DNA of 60,425 bases, from positions 124,001 through 184,425 of the forward strand of contig NGBS01000301.1 in NCBI GenBank assembly GCA_002245135.1, read 5' to 3'. Source of the stretch: Proteromonas lacertae. Taxonomy: Eukaryota. Under the pieces are notes generated by a model that searched no databases, was not told where the DNA came from, and was given only the letters and a program-made list of their open reading frames with translations. The first letter of the stretch is position 1. Each line of letters begins with the position of its first letter. A program made the translations under genes and the position numbers. This document shows positions 56,245-60,425 of this stretch, in pieces.

Positions 56245-58701
56245 AATAACTAAATTAACATCATAACTGACAATAATAGTAATAATAGCAGTTGATTGAT
56301 AGTAATTGTAGAAGAATCATTATTACCATCAATAGATATAATCACATTAGCTTTCTCAAATATTGGATTCTTCTTGATTAATTCTTCTTTTATTTCATTT
56401 GAACTTTTACTTTCAATTATTGATATTATATCATTTTTAGATTTGTTTTCTGGTATTAAGATTTTTTACTTCCAATTTTATATTATCAGATTCGTCCATT
56501 ATTCTTAATTTCATTTCAACAAATGTGATTTTCGATTTCATCTTTGTTTAATACAATTCCGCTATTTTTGTACATATCAATTATCATTTCTTTTACAGAA
56601 TCTATTGTATTTGATATTTCTTCTTTAGTAATATTAGAAAAGGTAAAAGAAATTGTAACAAATTGTTGTGGACTAGGTTGTTGAGTAGTTGGAGATAGTG
56701 TTGTTGGTGGTTTAGTTAGTGGAGGTTTTGTTTCTGGAGGTTTAGTTGTTGGTTGATAATCTTTATGTGGTTCAGTTGTTTTTATTTTTTCTACCATATT
56801 TCTAACATTATCTAATACTTTTATTTTTATTTTTTCATCACAATTAACATATTGATTTGGTTGTAAATAATATTGATAATAATTTCCATATGGACCATAA
56901 TAATATCCATCTTCTAATCCTTCAAATGTATAGTATATTATTCAACATCCTTATCATACTCACTACCATAGTTAAAATCAAAGCTTTCTCTTTTTGCTTC
57001 AGATTCTTTTTCTCTGTATGCTGTGTAATAAAACACATTATTATAACAACATCAATTCCAGTAGTGTCTTATATGACAAATTATATTCATTTACTATACA
57101 TTTGCCTTCTGGAATTAATAATCTTTTAGTAGTAATCTTTGGAATTATATCATTTAATATTGTTTCATCTGTTTCAATTAAATCAAATGTTTTAGTTGAT
57201 TCTGGAGTTATTACTTCTAGCTTTAATCCATTTATTTTATATGTATTTCCTATTGCTTTAAAATATGATGTTATTATCTTCAATTCCACATTTTGTTGAG
57301 TTACTATAAACAAATTAAATCAAGTTAATATACTTTACTGTAATAAAACCATCACATTTCCTTGCAGAATAATCTGTTGTATATACTCCACTTTTATCTT
57401 GATCAACATCATTAATTGATTCTATTTTTATTTCATTTGAACTAGGAATTTCTATCACCAAGTTAGATTGAGTATATTCGTATTGGGTGTGAATTGATTG
57501 ATCTATGATTATTAACATATTTTTAACAATAAAATATCCATTATAATAACCTTTATCTCATAACTACAGAAATCTTAACATCTTCATAGTAATATCCTTT
57601 CTTTCCATCTGCCAACTTTCTATTATTTGATATATCATTCATTCTTTCATTAGGATTTTCAGGAACATATTTATCAGCTGCTTCTATTATTGATTCTGTT
57701 TCTCTTTCTAAATCATTCCAAAATCTACTTAATGCGTCTTCTTTGCTCATCTTTTTAGCTGCCGGAAGTAAATAAACCAAATCAATGTATTGTTCATCTG
57801 TGAAATCCTTACTTTGAAATAAATAATTACAATCTTCATCTATACAGAAATAATAGACTGGGTTCCATTCACCATATCCAATTGTGTAATTATTTTCATG
57901 TTTATAATCAATCAGATAAGATTCGTATGAAAAATACCTTTCACCAATAAAGTGGCATATCTTGTAATTAGAAGTATATAATTCTAATTCTCTATATTCC
58001 CCATACCTTAAGTAAAAGGAGTAAAAATTATATTATTTGAATCAACACTATATGTTGTTAAACCGAATTTTTAGCTTATAATTAAATTGTTCTTCATCAT
58101 CTAATTATTATATTAATATAAATAATGATAATACTAATTGATACTGTTGTATAAATTTGTTGGATGATGATTTTAAATCATAATTCTCTATTTTGGTAGG
58201 TATAAAAATAGATGTTTCAAAATCTCTCAGAATGCCTTAATAGCTTCACATCTTTCAGAGACACTTAGCTGTTCATAAGTATAAACAATTGATGATGTTA
58301 TATCACATCCATTGAATTTTGAGGTGATATCTTCTTCACTGAACTGAAAAGTACTTGTTGTCTTATCTAATATAAGATCACTAATATCAACTGAATCTAC
58401 ACCAGTTATTACTGTTTTTATGCTGTAAACAGCCGTGTATATATACTTCATTGTTCTTTAATGAAATAATATTTTGTATCGCTAATAAGAACACCTTGTC
58501 CAGTTAAATATAATGGCTTGGCAAATTGTTTGATTTGCTTTTGGGCTAATTTAAGAGATTTTGACTTATCTACTCTCTGTCTTCTTCTTGACATTCTATC
58601 GGAATGAATATCACCTCCGTAAGCAGAAGCAATAACTACGAGGACAATAACAAACACTATAAGATTATATTAACGAAAATATACAAGAATAAAATTTCAT
58701 T
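56245..58701 (-). pseudogene. Probable decayed gene for a secreted/surface protein
   Basis: Signal peptide, RKL motif and PT-rich stretch, but frame breaks near 58455, 58230, 57950, 57555 and others not explained by GT-AG introns. Confidence 0.55.
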
Positions 58702-58870
58702 TTACTGTTTAGTTACTTCAGTTTTATTATGATTATCAAAGACTAAATGTTTACAGTACTAAATACATCCATAAGCTTCTTTGATTGTTTTTTATTTTGT
58801 TATGTATGTCATTATAATGAGGTAATTGACCTTAACTATAATATTTGTTTATAATCAAAAAATATTTAAA

Positions 58871-60149
58871 TCAATAAACATATATTTTATTATTTTCTTC
58901 TGATCTTGAAGGAGATGATGATGGAGGATGTTCAGAATCAGCTGAACTTGTCGCATTTGACCATTCTTCTAACAAAGCAGAACTTGTATGAGGAAACATG
59001 TTACACTGTTTAGTTTCACTATCTAAATGTAAAGAAATTACTTTATTACTTCTTTCCATAAGACTTTTATAATCTGCATCTAATTTTGAGTAATCTTCTT
59101 GTATATCTTTAACTTTATTATATTCTTCTTCTAATTGACTGTATTTATCCTTCCATTCTTCTATTTCTGTGATGTATTTTTCAATTTGTTCTTTAAATTG
59201 ATCATTCGTTGTTATAGGTTCATTAGAAGATGATTTATGAACTAACTGTTGATAATTCGATTGTAATTTCTTATTTTCTGTTTCTAATTTTGTGTTTTCA
59301 TTCTATAGAAAAACAATAGTTTATTAATATATATACTCTAACATCTGATAATGTTTTCTGAGACTTTTTATAATCAGCTAATAGGTCATTATAACTTGTC
59401 TTTAATTCTTCATATTTTGATTTTAATTTATTATATTGTTCATCTGATTTTGATGATGATGATGATGGTATAGTTGGAGGTAAAGGAGGTGGTATTGTTG
59501 AATTATTATTATTATTATTATTATCAGGGTTACTAGCTACGGATGAACGACGACGATTGCTTTTGGGTGAGGTATTTCCAATGGATAATAGACGGTTTGA
59601 TAATTGTTTGTTATTCTCTTTCAATTTCTATTTTATATAATATTATTATTTTAATACTTTTAATTGTCTTTTTACATTTTCTTGATCTTCTATTCTGGTT
59701 GTTAGATTAAGTACTTGTTGTTCAGTCTTCTTTAATCTGTGCCTCATTTCATTATATTCTATTATCAATGCTTTATATTTGGGAATTAATTCTCTCAACT
59801 ATTTATAATGATAATTAGTTGTATATACTCTATCTTCTGATTGTTTTAATAAAAATTTATCTTCTTTATTCTCCATCTATTCATAATAACATATCATATA
59901 TTCATACACCTCCTCGATTGTTCTTATACCACCAATCCATTAGTATATCCAATTCTAGCTCTTTAGGCACACTTGCTAGGATAAAATAAAATAAATTATT
60001 AATACATCCAGGAGCTATAGACTTTAAAAATTTCAAAAAAGTGTCATGTTCTTTTATATGCTGCCTTTGTAGATCTAAATGATAATCGATATGATTTTAC
60101 TTTGATATTTCTTATTTGCTGCAGCATTGGGGGAAAAGGGCTCATCCAT
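58871..60149 (-). CDS. Hypothetical coiled-coil protein
   Basis: ATG 60149; the 5' exons checked join in frame through GT-AG introns; heptad-rich. Confidence 0.7.
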
Positions 60150-60425
60150 TTTTAAAATGAAATTCTAATTGTACTAAAAATATAGTCGTTTTTTTATTTT
60201 TAAAATCCAAAATGGTTAATAACGATAGAATATCACAATATTAAATCTTATTTAATAGAATTTAGTATGAGTATGTTGAAATAAGCAACAATTCAAAAAA
60301 GGTTGATCATGTTGCATTTTATTTTTTGCTTTATTTTAAAATTTTAAATTGATCGATTGATACAATATTAATACTTTTGAAGGAATTTATGATCATCATC
60401 ATGTTAGAACAATCTTTCAAAAATA

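Overview
Gene-dense, very AT-rich eukaryotic nuclear DNA using the standard code, with many very short (~24-45 nt) GT-AG introns. Intron size, MRO-type presequences and stramenopile-type proteins suggest an anaerobic gut stramenopile such as an AT-rich Blastocystis or relative (inference). The window holds about 30 protein genes, including WDR75, HspBP1, two DHHCs, an Anp1/GT62, ADA2, a DIX-domain protein, DBP2, an RNF4-like RING, Rad1, RasGAP, TAF9, USP48, a bacterial-type neopullulanase, a kinesin, Lon and DERA. Main observations: (1) three minor (U12)-type introns share a deviant ATATCATTTTT donor; one is AT-AC and two are AT-AA, one of these in a laterally acquired gene. (2) A non-autonomous hAT element with a perfect 8-bp TSD split a kinesin stop codon. 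(3) A ~1527-aa surface protein is built from an unrecognised ~100-aa Cys module and has a 1911-bp tandem duplication that includes an intron. (4) A mitochondrion-targeted DERA lacks its Schiff-base lysine. (5) A mastigoneme-family EGF fusion protein is present. (6) DBP2 has a candidate poison exon. (7) TCAAGC and E2F-like promoter motifs recur. Several isolated 1-nt frameshifts are probably assembly errors. Exon boundaries were read by eye.
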